A stretch of DNA of 21,519 nucleotides, from NCBI GenBank assembly GCA_038833255.1, contig JAWBIX010000004.1, positions 1 through 21,519 on the forward strand. Reading direction: 5' to 3'. This document shows positions 1 through 7,653 of this stretch, piece by piece (positions within the stretch are counted from its first letter, which is position 1; every line of letters starts with the position of its first letter). Origin of the DNA: Nanopusillaceae archaeon (lineage in GTDB: Archaea; Nanobdellota; Nanobdellia; Nanobdellales; Nanobdellaceae). The notes under the pieces are model-generated. The model made no database searches, was not told where the DNA came from, and saw only the letters and a list, made by a program, of their open reading frames with translations. Position numbers and translations under genes: made by a program.

Positions 1-102
1 ACCATTTTCAATAATTATTTTAACATTTTTTTCTAAGTTTTCATTTATTCGTTTATCTAATTCATTATACATAAACAAATGGGAATGGACATCTATAATC
101 AT
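1..102 (-). CDS. 5' end of a gene running off the left edge. The N-terminus MIIDVHSHLFMYNELDKRINENLEKNVKIIIENG suggests a TatD/amidohydrolase-type metal-dependent hydrolase.
   Basis: Hand translation of the minus strand gives an ATG at 102..100 that stays open to position 1 (34 codons). 'DVHSHL' at residues 4-9 resembles the first HxH metal-binding motif of TatD/amidohydrolase folds. It is too short to appear in the supplied ORF track. Confidence 0.4.
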   Translation of the reverse strand, partial: MIIDVHSHLFMYNELDKRINENLEKNVKIIIENG

Positions 103-107
103 CAATT

Positions 108-115
108 TTTATATA
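108..115 (+). promoter_or_regulatory. Candidate archaeal TATA box (TTTATATA) for rfcS, implying a leaderless or near-leaderless mRNA
   Basis: TTTATATA at 108..115 is centred about 26 nt upstream of the rfcS ATG at 137. That is the usual TATA-to-TSS spacing in archaea. There is no obvious Shine-Dalgarno sequence in between. Confidence 0.35.
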
Positions 116-136
116 TCTGTAAATTAAAATATATTT

Positions 137-1099
137 ATGACTTATGAAATATGGACGGAAAAATATAGGCCACGTAGATTATCTGAAATTAAAGGACAAG
201 ATGAAATAATAAAACATCTAAGAGCTTTTGTAGAACAAAAAAATCTTCCACATCTACTATTTTCTGGTCCCCCGGGTGTTGGAAAAACTACTGCAGCTTT
301 AGCTTTAGCTAGAGAATTATATGGTGATGAACAGTGGAGAACAAATTTCTTAGAATTAAATGCTTCTGATGAAAGAGGAATAGATGTAATCAGAGAAAAA
401 GTAAAAGAATTTGCAAAAACAAAACCAATAGGAGACGTTCCATTTAAAATAATATTTTTAGATGAAGCAGATGCTATGACTAGAGACGCTCAACAAGCAT
501 TAAGAAGAATAATGGAACAATATGCTGGAATTACGAGATTTATTTTATCTTGCAATTACTCATCAAAAATTATAGAACCCATACAATCAAGAACAGTGGT
601 ATTTAGATTTAAACCTCTCTCTAAGGAAGCAGTTTTTGATATATTAAAAAATATTGCTGAAAGAGAAAAATTAATTATTGATGAAGAAGCTCTAGAGGCT
701 TTATATTATATATCTGAAGGAGACATGAGAAGAGCAATTAATATATTACAAGCAGCAGCAATTTATAATAAAAACATAACAGCAGATATGATTTATGAAG
801 TTGCCTCCGTTGCAAAACCAAAAGAATTACAAGAAATTTTGAATCTTGCTTATTTAGGAAGATTTGCTGAAGCTAGAGAAAAAATGATAGACTTGATGAT
901 AAAATATGGTTTGGCTGGAGAAGATTTAGTAAAATTGTTGTCTAAAGAAGTTATGAATTTAAATTTAGAAGATAAGGAAAAATTAGAAATTCTTTATTAT
1001 CTTGGAGAGATAGAGTTTAGATTAATGGAGGGAGGAAATCCAATGGTGCAGCTCGGCGCTTTTCTAGCTTATTTGGGATTAAAAGGAATTAAAAAGTAA
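137..1099 (+). CDS. rfcS: Replication factor C small subunit (clamp loader)
   Basis: N-terminal 'WTEKYRP' RFC box, Walker A 'GPPGVGKTT', Walker B 'FLDEADAM' and arginine-finger box 'QSRTVVFRF' (SRC motif with C->T). The 320-aa length is typical. No intein. Confidence 0.95.
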   Translation: MTYEIWTEKYRPRRLSEIKGQDEIIKHLRAFVEQKNLPHLLFSGPPGVGKTTAALALARELYGDEQWRTNFLELNASDERGIDVIREKVKEFAKTKPIGDVPFKIIFLDEADAMTRDAQQALRRIMEQYAGITRFILSCNYSSKIIEPIQSRTVVFRFKPLSKEAVFDILKNIAEREKLIIDEEALEALYYISEGDMRRAINILQAAAIYNKNITADMIYEVASVAKPKELQEILNLAYLGRFAEAREKMIDLMIKYGLAGEDLVKLLSKEVMNLNLEDKEKLEILYYLGEIEFRLMEGGNPMVQLGAFLAYLGLKGIKK

Positions 1100-1506
1100 T
1101 GGATATAACGAAAATTCCTAAATTTTTAATTTGGATAGCAATTTTTGTCTTTAGTGTTTTTGTTTTATATTTATTATATAACTTTCTAGCTTATAGATTT
1201 TCAAAACCATATGAAAAATACATATTTGTAGATTGCTTTTATAGTAATGAGACTTCTATCGTAATACTTACCGCAAAAGACAATGTAAAGAATATTGTTA
1301 TTTATGATATAAATTTGCAAAATAAATGTGAAATAGCAAATCTGTATAAAGATTCTATGGATGTATGTAAGATTAGTAATGTTAAGACAGGAGGAAAAGT
1401 ATTTGTCAAAATAAATTTTGAAGTAAATAATAAAACATATTCTGCAGTATCTGAATGTAAAATTGAGGAAAGGAAAAGCATATTAGATTGGTTATTTAGC
1501 AAATAA
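1099..1506 (+). CDS. Small N-terminally anchored membrane protein of unknown function, with four Cys in the predicted ectodomain
   Basis: The 135-codon ORF exactly fills the rfcS-rfcL gap and has TAATG stop/start overlaps at both ends (1097-1101 and 1504-1508). It has one hydrophobic helix, 'FLIWIAIFVFSVFVLYLLYNFLAY'. The rest is beta-rich and polar, with C46, C77, C90 and C120. Confidence 0.6.
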   Translation: MDITKIPKFLIWIAIFVFSVFVLYLLYNFLAYRFSKPYEKYIFVDCFYSNETSIVILTAKDNVKNIVIYDINLQNKCEIANLYKDSMDVCKISNVKTGGKVFVKINFEVNNKTYSAVSECKIEERKSILDWLFSK

Positions 1507-2729
1507 TGAACATTCTGTGGATAAAAAAATATGCTCCGAAAAATTCTTATGAAATTATAAATCAAACAGAGGCCATTAATGAAATAAAAGAATTTATTTT
1601 AAAGCAACAAAGGGATAAAAAAGCTTTGTTACTGTATGGTCCACCAGGTACTGGAAAAACTAGCTCTGTATATGCAATAGCAAATGAATTAAATTATGAA
1701 GTCATTGAAGTAAATGCCTCAGATGTAAGAACCGCTAGAGCAATTCATGCTCGTTTAGATGAGGCTATAAAAGGAAAAACATTTTTTTATAAAGGAAGAG
1801 TTATACTAATCGATGAAATTGATGGATTAGCTGGATTTTATGACAGGGGAGGAATAGGAGCGATAATAAATATTATAGAAGAATCCAAATGGCCAGTAAT
1901 TCTTATAGCAAATGACCCGTGGGATCCTAAATTTAAAAAATTAAGAGATATGTGCAAATTAGTAGAATTTAAAAAATTATCTATGACAGATATATTCAAG
2001 GCTCTTAAGAGAATTTCTTTAGCAGAAAAATTAGATATAGATGACGAGGTACTAAAAACATTAGCACAGAGAGCGCAAGGAGATTTAAGAAGCGCAATAA
2101 ATGACTTGCAAACATTGGCAAATCTTAGAAAAAGAATTTCAATGAGCGATATTGCAATATTGGGTTATAGAGATAGAGAAATTCAAATATTTCAGGCTCT
2201 TGGACAATTTTTCAAATCATCTACTTTAAATTCTGCAAGAACAGCATTTATTAATGTAGATATGGATCCTGAAGAGATAGAAGCCTGGATAGAAGAAAAC
2301 ATATCTAATGAATATGAAAAAATAGAGGAAATATTTGAAGCTTATGATTGGATGAGTAAAGCAAGGATATTTTATGGGAGAATTTATATAAGACAGTATT
2401 GGGATCTTTTGAAATATTATACAACAATAATGTATGGAGGGGTTGCATTAGCTAAGAAACAACCCTATAAGAAGTTTACTAAATATAGGATGCCAACACT
2501 ATTTAGAAGATTATCTAAAAGTAAAGAAGCTAGAGAAAAAATGGAAAATATCATTAAAGATTTAAAGAAAAAATTACATACGTCAACAAAGAGAATTAGA
2601 GAAGTGTATATAAATATTGTTTATTCTCTTTTAAAAATAAATGAAAAAGTGGCTAGAGAGTATTTGAAATCTTTTGGATTGAAAGAAGAAGAAATAGATT
2701 ATATAATAGAGACTATTAAGAACTTATGA
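1506..2729 (+). CDS. rfcL: Replication factor C large subunit
   Basis: 'WIKKYAP' RFC box, Walker A 'GPPGTGKTS', Walker B 'LIDEIDGL' and sensor region 'GDLRSAINDLQ'. It lies in the same operon as rfcS. At 407 aa it is short for the family. Confidence 0.9.
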   Translation: MNILWIKKYAPKNSYEIINQTEAINEIKEFILKQQRDKKALLLYGPPGTGKTSSVYAIANELNYEVIEVNASDVRTARAIHARLDEAIKGKTFFYKGRVILIDEIDGLAGFYDRGGIGAIINIIEESKWPVILIANDPWDPKFKKLRDMCKLVEFKKLSMTDIFKALKRISLAEKLDIDDEVLKTLAQRAQGDLRSAINDLQTLANLRKRISMSDIAILGYRDREIQIFQALGQFFKSSTLNSARTAFINVDMDPEEIEAWIEENISNEYEKIEEIFEAYDWMSKARIFYGRIYIRQYWDLLKYYTTIMYGGVALAKKQPYKKFTKYRMPTLFRRLSKSKEAREKMENIIKDLKKKLHTSTKRIREVYINIVYSLLKINEKVAREYLKSFGLKEEEIDYIIETIKNL

Positions 2730-3196
2730 AATTAGTTAATAAGCAACAACTTTTGCAAATATTAAGGGAAATTTCAAAGGAATACGGCATTGAAGAAATA
2801 AATCTAGATGATTTTATTTTTTTGTTAAATAAAGAAGGAAAGATTTTTTTAGTATATAAAGATTTAGAGAAAATAATAGATAGAATAAAATTTAACAATT
2901 GTGGTTTGTATATCATGAAAATTGAAAAAAATAAAATAAGATTTAGTATTGAAGGTTCTCAAATATTTGGTCCTTTGGCAAAAAAAAGAGTTCTAGAATT
3001 AGATTTGAAAAAAATATTTTGTATTTCTAATGAAATGAAAAAAATCTTCTTAGATATAGATAATGGGTTTTATATTCTTAGAGATGGAAATAATTTTGCA
3101 GGAACAATTTTAGTAAAAAATAAGGAAGTAAAAGATTATATTCCAAAAGAAAGGAAAATTTATGGGGAAAGTTGCATGAATGATGGTAGTATTTGA
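2726..3196 (+). CDS. Hypothetical protein, tentatively a NIP7-like / PUA-type small RNA-binding fold
   Basis: 156 aa, with its start overlapping the rfcL stop (ATGA at 2726-2729). The layout resembles archaeal Nip7-type proteins from memory: an N-terminal alpha/beta half, 'GLYIMKIEKNKIRFSIEG', then a C-terminal 'FYILRDGNNFAGTILVKNKEVKDYIPKERK'. No diagnostic motif, so the functional label is weak. Confidence 0.5.
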   Translation: MKLVNKQQLLQILREISKEYGIEEINLDDFIFLLNKEGKIFLVYKDLEKIIDRIKFNNCGLYIMKIEKNKIRFSIEGSQIFGPLAKKRVLELDLKKIFCISNEMKKIFLDIDNGFYILRDGNNFAGTILVKNKEVKDYIPKERKIYGESCMNDGSI

Positions 3197-4809
3197 CCAA
3201 AGAAGATATTAGTTATTATATATATTCCTGTAGCAATCCAAATTAATAACGCAAAATCTATAAAAATACCAAGCTTTGATCCACCATCTATGTTTTTTAA
3301 AGTTAAAGCAATCATAAATGCCTGAAATATAACTAATAAATTTATAATTTCTTCTAAAATCCTAATATCTATTTCTATTTCAAATAAAGGGATTCCGAAC
3401 ATCCCTCCGATTTCTGTAGATATTAATGTAGAAAGACTCTCAAATAACGTTTTCATCATTGCTGTTATAAAAATAGTAACAAATAATACTGCGGAAAAAG
3501 CAAGAAACCCTCCATATAAAAAGCCCCTTGCCCCAGATATAAATTGTATTTTAAAACTTCTAAGTTCTAAAACTTTTAATAGAACGTCATATAGTTTTTT
3601 ACTAGCTTCTTCTACTTCTCCACCATATTCTAACATTTTATAAAATGGAGTTACAATTTTTGATATCAAATTACTTCCAATTTCTGTTATAAAATAATAC
3701 CAAGATTCTTTGTAATTTCTCGTTATAATGATTCTATTATAAAGATTATTTACATCTTCATTAAGTTCTCCGAAATCATGAATTTTAGCACTTTCTAAAA
3801 TTTTAACTTGATTTGTTCCAAAGACACTAGATAAGCTAATCATTGTATTGTAAAAACTGGAAAATTTTTCTTCTTTTTTCTTAATTAACTTTTCTAATGA
3901 ATTAAATCTGTAACTTACATACATTAGAGGTAGAATAGAAATAGAAAAGCATATTAAAGTATTCTGAAATATTCTGTAAGTTAAGGAAAAAATTAAAATA
4001 GAAATAGATAACAAAATGGCAAATAAATTTCTCAATTTGGAATATTCATTTGGCTTTTCTTTATACGGAACCCAAAGCGAATCTTCGAGTATAAAATATT
4101 TTGATAAAAAGTAAAGCACAGCATTTGCAGAAATAAATGTTACTGTAAAATATATAAATATAGTAAATATGTTAATTTCCATTAACATTGGTAATATTAA
4201 AATAATTACAAATGCAAACGCTAGGGAAGACATTATAGAGACACCAATTTCTTGTAATAATCTTACATTTTCTAGCCCCTTTCTATATCTAACATCAAAG
4301 TTTTCTAATATCTTTTTATGTTCTCTTTCTAAGAAAGAAGGAAGATCTTCTCCAGTTTCTAAAGCTGTTGCTAATCTCTCAAGAAATCCTTTAAATTCGC
4401 AATTTACAATATATGGCAAGAGATATCTTATTGCTTCTGGAAACGTAAAGTTGTATTTTTCGAATACATAAATTAGTCTTTTTATTACTTTAGAAATTTC
4501 AGGATATTCCTGTGATTCGGCTAAAATCTGAAAAAAACGCTTTATATTTGTTGTTGTAAAAGAAATAGAATAAGCATATGTTAGGAAATACTGTAAATCT
4601 TTGTCTAAAGAATATTTTATTTTATAATAACTTACTAAAATTATTTGAACTACAAATATTATATAAATAGAGATTAGAATAATGAATAACTCTATAGAAG
4701 CGTTTGGAAAAAGATAAGTAAAAAGTGTTAGAAAAAATAAGAAAGTTATAGATAATGTTAAAATTTTCTTGTAGGAATCTTTTGCTATATATGAAAGATA
4801 TTCTAACAT
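3160..4809 (-). CDS. FlaJ/TadC-like polytopic membrane protein (type IV filament platform protein with two T2SS-F-type repeats)
   Basis: 549 aa, which is FlaJ-sized, with two cytoplasmic helical modules each followed by TM helices. The first module includes 'FPEAIRYLLPYIVNCEFKGFLERLATALETGEDLPSFLEREHKKILENF'. The second includes 'ESWYYFITEIGSNLISKIVTPFYKMLEYGGEVEEASKKLYDVLLKVLELR'. Its 3' end overlaps the convergent ORF 2726..3196 by 37 nt. Confidence 0.65.
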   Translation of the reverse strand: MLEYLSYIAKDSYKKILTLSITFLFFLTLFTYLFPNASIELFIILISIYIIFVVQIILVSYYKIKYSLDKDLQYFLTYAYSISFTTTNIKRFFQILAESQEYPEISKVIKRLIYVFEKYNFTFPEAIRYLLPYIVNCEFKGFLERLATALETGEDLPSFLEREHKKILENFDVRYRKGLENVRLLQEIGVSIMSSLAFAFVIILILPMLMEINIFTIFIYFTVTFISANAVLYFLSKYFILEDSLWVPYKEKPNEYSKLRNLFAILLSISILIFSLTYRIFQNTLICFSISILPLMYVSYRFNSLEKLIKKKEEKFSSFYNTMISLSSVFGTNQVKILESAKIHDFGELNEDVNNLYNRIIITRNYKESWYYFITEIGSNLISKIVTPFYKMLEYGGEVEEASKKLYDVLLKVLELRSFKIQFISGARGFLYGGFLAFSAVLFVTIFITAMMKTLFESLSTLISTEIGGMFGIPLFEIEIDIRILEEIINLLVIFQAFMIALTLKNIDGGSKLGIFIDFALLIWIATGIYIITNIFFGQILPSFMQLSP

Positions 4810-4873
4810 AATATCTAAAGAATATTTTTGCTAAATTAAAATTTTAATAATTTTGTTTATATATCAAATATCC

Positions 4874-5704
4874 ATGACTATTAGAAGTCATGTTTACGAT
4901 ATCAATGGAAATATAATAAAAAGTATAGACTTGCCTCCACACTTTGAAGAAGAGATAAGACCAGATTTATTAAGAAAAGCAGTTTATGCTATATGGTCAA
5001 ATAGCAGACAACCATATGGAGCTTATGAATATGCTGGTTTAGAAGCTGCAGCATGGACAAGTAAAAGAAGAAGAAGCTATAGAACTTCGTATGGTTTTGG
5101 AATTTCTAGAGTTCCAAGATCTATAATTGCTGGAAGATGGGGTTATGCTTTCGCTTGGATAGCTAGAATAGTTCCAAACGTTGTTAAAGGAAGAAAAGCT
5201 CATCCTCCAAAATCAGAAAAAAATTGGAAAGTAAAGATAAACAAAAAAGAAAAAAGAAAAGCAATAAGGTCGGCAATAGCAGCAACCATTGTTGAAGATT
5301 TAATTAAAAAAAGATATAGAAAACTATATGAATATTTAAAGGACACTATAAAAACATTTGGATTACCCCTCATAATATCAGATATAGAAAATATTAAAAA
5401 AGCAAAAGAATTGAGAAAAATAATTTCTAACTTTAATTTAGAAAAAGCATTTGAATATATTAATAATTCAAAAAGAAATAGATCTGGAAAAGGAAAAAGA
5501 AGAGGAAGGAGAATAAAAAAGCATAGAGGATTTTTGTTAGTTGTGTCTGCAAATTCCAATCTTTCGAGATATAAGATAGATGGATTGGAAATAGAAAATG
5601 TTAATAGATTAGATGCTGAAAAACTAGCTCCGGGTGGCATTCCTGGAAGATTCGTAATTTGGAGCGAAAAGGCTATAGAGGAATTAAGGGAACTATACTT
5701 ATGA
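4874..5704 (+). CDS. rpl4: 50S ribosomal protein uL4 (L4e/L1e type)
   Basis: '[18 protein letters not shown]', 'RQPYG', '[11 protein letters not shown]' and the basic loop '[11 protein letters not shown]' are typical archaeal uL4 features. The track start at 4853 is a TTG, so I prefer the in-frame ATG at 4874 (MTIRSHVYD...). Confidence 0.9.
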   Translation: MTIRSHVYDINGNIIKSIDLPPHFEEEIRPDLLRKAVYAIWSNSRQPYGAYEYAGLEAAAWTSKRRRSYRTSYGFGISRVPRSIIAGRWGYAFAWIARIVPNVVKGRKAHPPKSEKNWKVKINKKEKRKAIRSAIAATIVEDLIKKRYRKLYEYLKDTIKTFGLPLIISDIENIKKAKELRKIISNFNLEKAFEYINNSKRNRSGKGKRRGRRIKKHRGFLLVVSANSNLSRYKIDGLEIENVNRLDAEKLAPGGIPGRFVIWSEKAIEELRELYL

Positions 5705-5958
5705 TGAATAACATAATAATTCGTGCTTTAGTCACAGAGAAAACAATAAGATTAGCAGAAAAAGAAAATAAAATAACATTTATAGTTAATAGAAATAGTA
5801 ATAAAAAACAAATAAAGGAAGCTGTTGAAAAGATTTTTAATGTAAAAGTTGAAAAAGTTAATACTCTAATTCTTCCAAATGGAGAGAAGAAAGCCTATGT
5901 TAAGCTACATAAAGATTATAAGGCTACAGATATACTTTCAAAACTTGGTTTAATGTAA
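5701..5958 (+). CDS. rpl23: 50S ribosomal protein uL23
   Basis: '[52 protein letters not shown]...KKAYVKL' is a canonical uL23. The likely start is the ATG at 5701, which overlaps the uL4 TGA (ATGA). The track's 5659 start would run 46 nt inside uL4. Confidence 0.9.
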   Translation: MMNNIIIRALVTEKTIRLAEKENKITFIVNRNSNKKQIKEAVEKIFNVKVEKVNTLILPNGEKKAYVKLHKDYKATDILSKLGLM

Positions 5959-5959
5959 A

Positions 5960-6715
5960 ATGGGGGGAAATACTCTGCTTCAACAAAGAAGAGGGAAAGG
6001 AAAGCCAGCATACAAAATTCCAAATCATTTTACAAAATATGAATTAAAATTTAGATATTTAGATGAAATAGAGATGAATAAAAAATTGAAAGGAGTTATA
6101 GTTGATATAATAAAAGATAAAATACACTATGCTCCTATTATGATAGTAAAATATGAAGATGGATCTATTGTTTATTTACCTGCAGTTGAAGGAGTATATG
6201 TTGGAAAAGAAGTTTACTGTGGTGTGGAAGCCCCAATAGAAGTTGGTAATGTATTACCCTTAAAAGCAATACCAGAAGGTACGCAAATTTGTATGGTAGA
6301 AATAAACCCCGGAGACGGTGGTAAGATTGCAAGAGCATCTGGAACTTCAGCAATATTAGTTCAAAAGACAGAAAAAGAAGCAATAATAAAATTACCTTCT
6401 GGAAAGACAAAATCCGTGAGTTTAAATTGTAGAGCATTAATCGGAGTTGTTGCTGGCGGAGGAAGAACAGATAAACCTTTTGTGAAAGCTGGAATAAAAT
6501 ATTATTATGTTAAATCACATCACAAATATTGGCCAGTTTCTGCGGCAGTTGCAAGAAATATTGCAGATCATCCATTTGGAGGGAAACATAGAAGAAATAA
6601 AGGTGGAATTACCCCACTTCCAAAACACGGATATCCAATTAAATATGGTCATTTTGGATCTAGAAAAACAGGAAGAGGAAAGAAAGGCATAGTAAGAGGT
6701 ACTAAAAAAGAATAA
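5960..6715 (+). CDS. rpl2: 50S ribosomal protein uL2
   Basis: 'QRRGKGKPAYK', 'GGGRTDKPFVKAG', 'WP...DHPFGG' and the 'SRKTGRGKK' C-terminus match archaeal uL2. The gene starts 1 nt after the uL23 stop. Confidence 0.95.
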   Translation: MGGNTLLQQRRGKGKPAYKIPNHFTKYELKFRYLDEIEMNKKLKGVIVDIIKDKIHYAPIMIVKYEDGSIVYLPAVEGVYVGKEVYCGVEAPIEVGNVLPLKAIPEGTQICMVEINPGDGGKIARASGTSAILVQKTEKEAIIKLPSGKTKSVSLNCRALIGVVAGGGRTDKPFVKAGIKYYYVKSHHKYWPVSAAVARNIADHPFGGKHRRNKGGITPLPKHGYPIKYGHFGSRKTGRGKKGIVRGTKKE

Positions 6716-6716
6716 A

Positions 6717-7325
6717 ATGGAGTGGCTCATTCCTCTTGAAGAATATATAAAAGCAGGTGTACATATTGGAACAAGAATAAAAACAAAAGATATGAGAAAA
6801 TATATAGCTAGAGTAAGAAGTGACGGATTAGCAATAATAGACATAACTAAAACAGATGAAAAGATAAGAATACTAACTAGATTTTTATCTCGCTATGATC
6901 CAGAAGAAATTTTAGTAGTTGGAAGAAGAGAAACGGCTAGAAAGCCACTAATTATGTTAAATAAATATACTAGAATATTATCTTATCCTGGAAGATATCC
7001 TCCAGGAATGTTAACTAATGTAAGTTTGGAAAACTTTAAAGATGTAGAGATTGTTATAGTAACAGATCCTATACTTGATAAAAATGCTCTTTTAGATGCA
7101 TTTAGAACTGGAAAGATTATTGTTGGGTTAGTAGATACAAATAATACTTTAAAATACATTGATTTCGCAATTCCATGTAATAATAGAGGTGCAAAATCTT
7201 TAGCTCTAATTTATTATTTAATTGCTAGAGAATACTTAAGAAATAGAGGAATAATTCCGAAGAAAGGGGATTTAGGAGTAAATTACCTTGCTTTTGCAGA
7301 AACCGAAATAGAAGAAGAAATATGA
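6717..7325 (+). CDS. rps2: 30S ribosomal protein uS2
   Basis: 'LEEYIKAGVHIGTR', 'IIDITKTDEKIR', 'ILVVGRRETARKP', 'VIVTDPILDKNALLDA' and 'IVGLVDTNN...IDFAIPCNNRGAKSLALIYYLIAREYL' follow the uS2/SA pattern. Confidence 0.9.
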   Translation: MEWLIPLEEYIKAGVHIGTRIKTKDMRKYIARVRSDGLAIIDITKTDEKIRILTRFLSRYDPEEILVVGRRETARKPLIMLNKYTRILSYPGRYPPGMLTNVSLENFKDVEIVIVTDPILDKNALLDAFRTGKIIVGLVDTNNTLKYIDFAIPCNNRGAKSLALIYYLIAREYLRNRGIIPKKGDLGVNYLAFAETEIEEEI

Positions 7326-7357
7326 TATTTATAAGTTCTGAAATATAAAAATATTTT

Positions 7358-7648
7358 ATGATAAGTTTCTTTAAAAAATTCTTAAGTAAAAAAAAGAGCG
7401 AAACCTTAAATAGGGAATCTTATACCTTACCGGAATTTTCTAAGATATCGCAAAGTGAGAAAACATCATTTGATAAATATTATGAAAGAAATTATGAGAA
7501 AGAAGAGGAAATAGATAGTTTAAGATATCAAATTCAAATAATAAATAGCAAATTAGATACTTTATTGGCAAAAATTGACAATATAACTATAAAAATTAAT
7601 TATCTAGAAAATCTAATTAATTCAATATTATATTATTATAAAAGATAA
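7358..7648 (+). CDS. Small coiled-coil protein with a basic N-terminal tag, function unknown
   Basis: 96 aa. The N-terminus is 'MISFFKKFLSKKKSE'. The C-terminal half, 'EEEIDSLRYQIQIINSKLDTLLAKIDNITIKINYLENLINS', has a heptad-like I/L spacing. A TATA-like 'TTTATAAG' lies about 26 nt upstream. Confidence 0.55.
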   Translation: MISFFKKFLSKKKSETLNRESYTLPEFSKISQSEKTSFDKYYERNYEKEEEIDSLRYQIQIINSKLDTLLAKIDNITIKINYLENLINSILYYYKR

Positions 7649-7653
7649 ATATT

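Noticed and set aside
322-369. C/D-box sRNA-like motifs (GTGATGA at 322-328, with CTGA/TGATGA about 38 nt downstream), and ATGATGA at 5701-5707
   Set aside because: Both lie inside well-supported coding sequence. They lack a properly spaced C'/D' pair and terminal stem. The second is simply the ATGA stop/start junction followed by a Met codon. Such short AT-rich motifs are expected by chance.
137-2729. Inteins or frameshifts in the RFC genes (known in some archaeal rfcS genes)
   Set aside because: Both ORFs are uninterrupted, of normal or short length, and their motif order is contiguous. Nothing suggests an intein or recoding event.
4853-4873. TTG-initiated 7-codon N-terminal extension of uL4 given in the ORF track (MFIYQIS...)
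   Set aside because: The ATG at 4874 gives the conserved uL4 N-terminus (MTIRSHVYD...). The extension would also consume the only space available for a promoter in the 64-nt divergent spacer.
5200-5640. 146-aa minus-strand ORF, the longest of many antisense ORFs in the track. The others are 1302..1565, 2716..2916, 4169..4471, 6165..6437, 6507..6692, 6515..6844, 10941..11288, 11457..11708, 12784..13077, 13558..13878, 14671..14877, 17280..17585, 18308..18517, 18758..19102 and 20457..20663.
   Set aside because: Each lies wholly inside, or largely overlaps, a gene with clear family motifs (uL4, uL2, uS2, CCA enzyme, RadB, TFE, TatD, ATPase and so on). Their translations are F/L/S/I-rich low-complexity strings, typical of the reverse complement of K/E/N-rich coding sequence. 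They are shadow ORFs.
5659-5700. 14-codon upstream extension of uL23 ([14 protein letters not shown]) overlapping the end of uL4
   Set aside because: The ATG at 5701 forms an ATGA overlap with the uL4 stop and yields the normal uL23 N-terminus. The extension has no counterpart in uL23 proteins.
6520-6600. uL2 reads 'DHPFGG' rather than the bacterial 'DHPHGGG' motif, a possible loss of a catalytically discussed histidine
   Set aside because: From memory, archaeal uL2 (for example Haloarcula marismortui) normally has DHPFGGG, so Phe at this position is the archaeal norm. Only the flanking residues are somewhat divergent.
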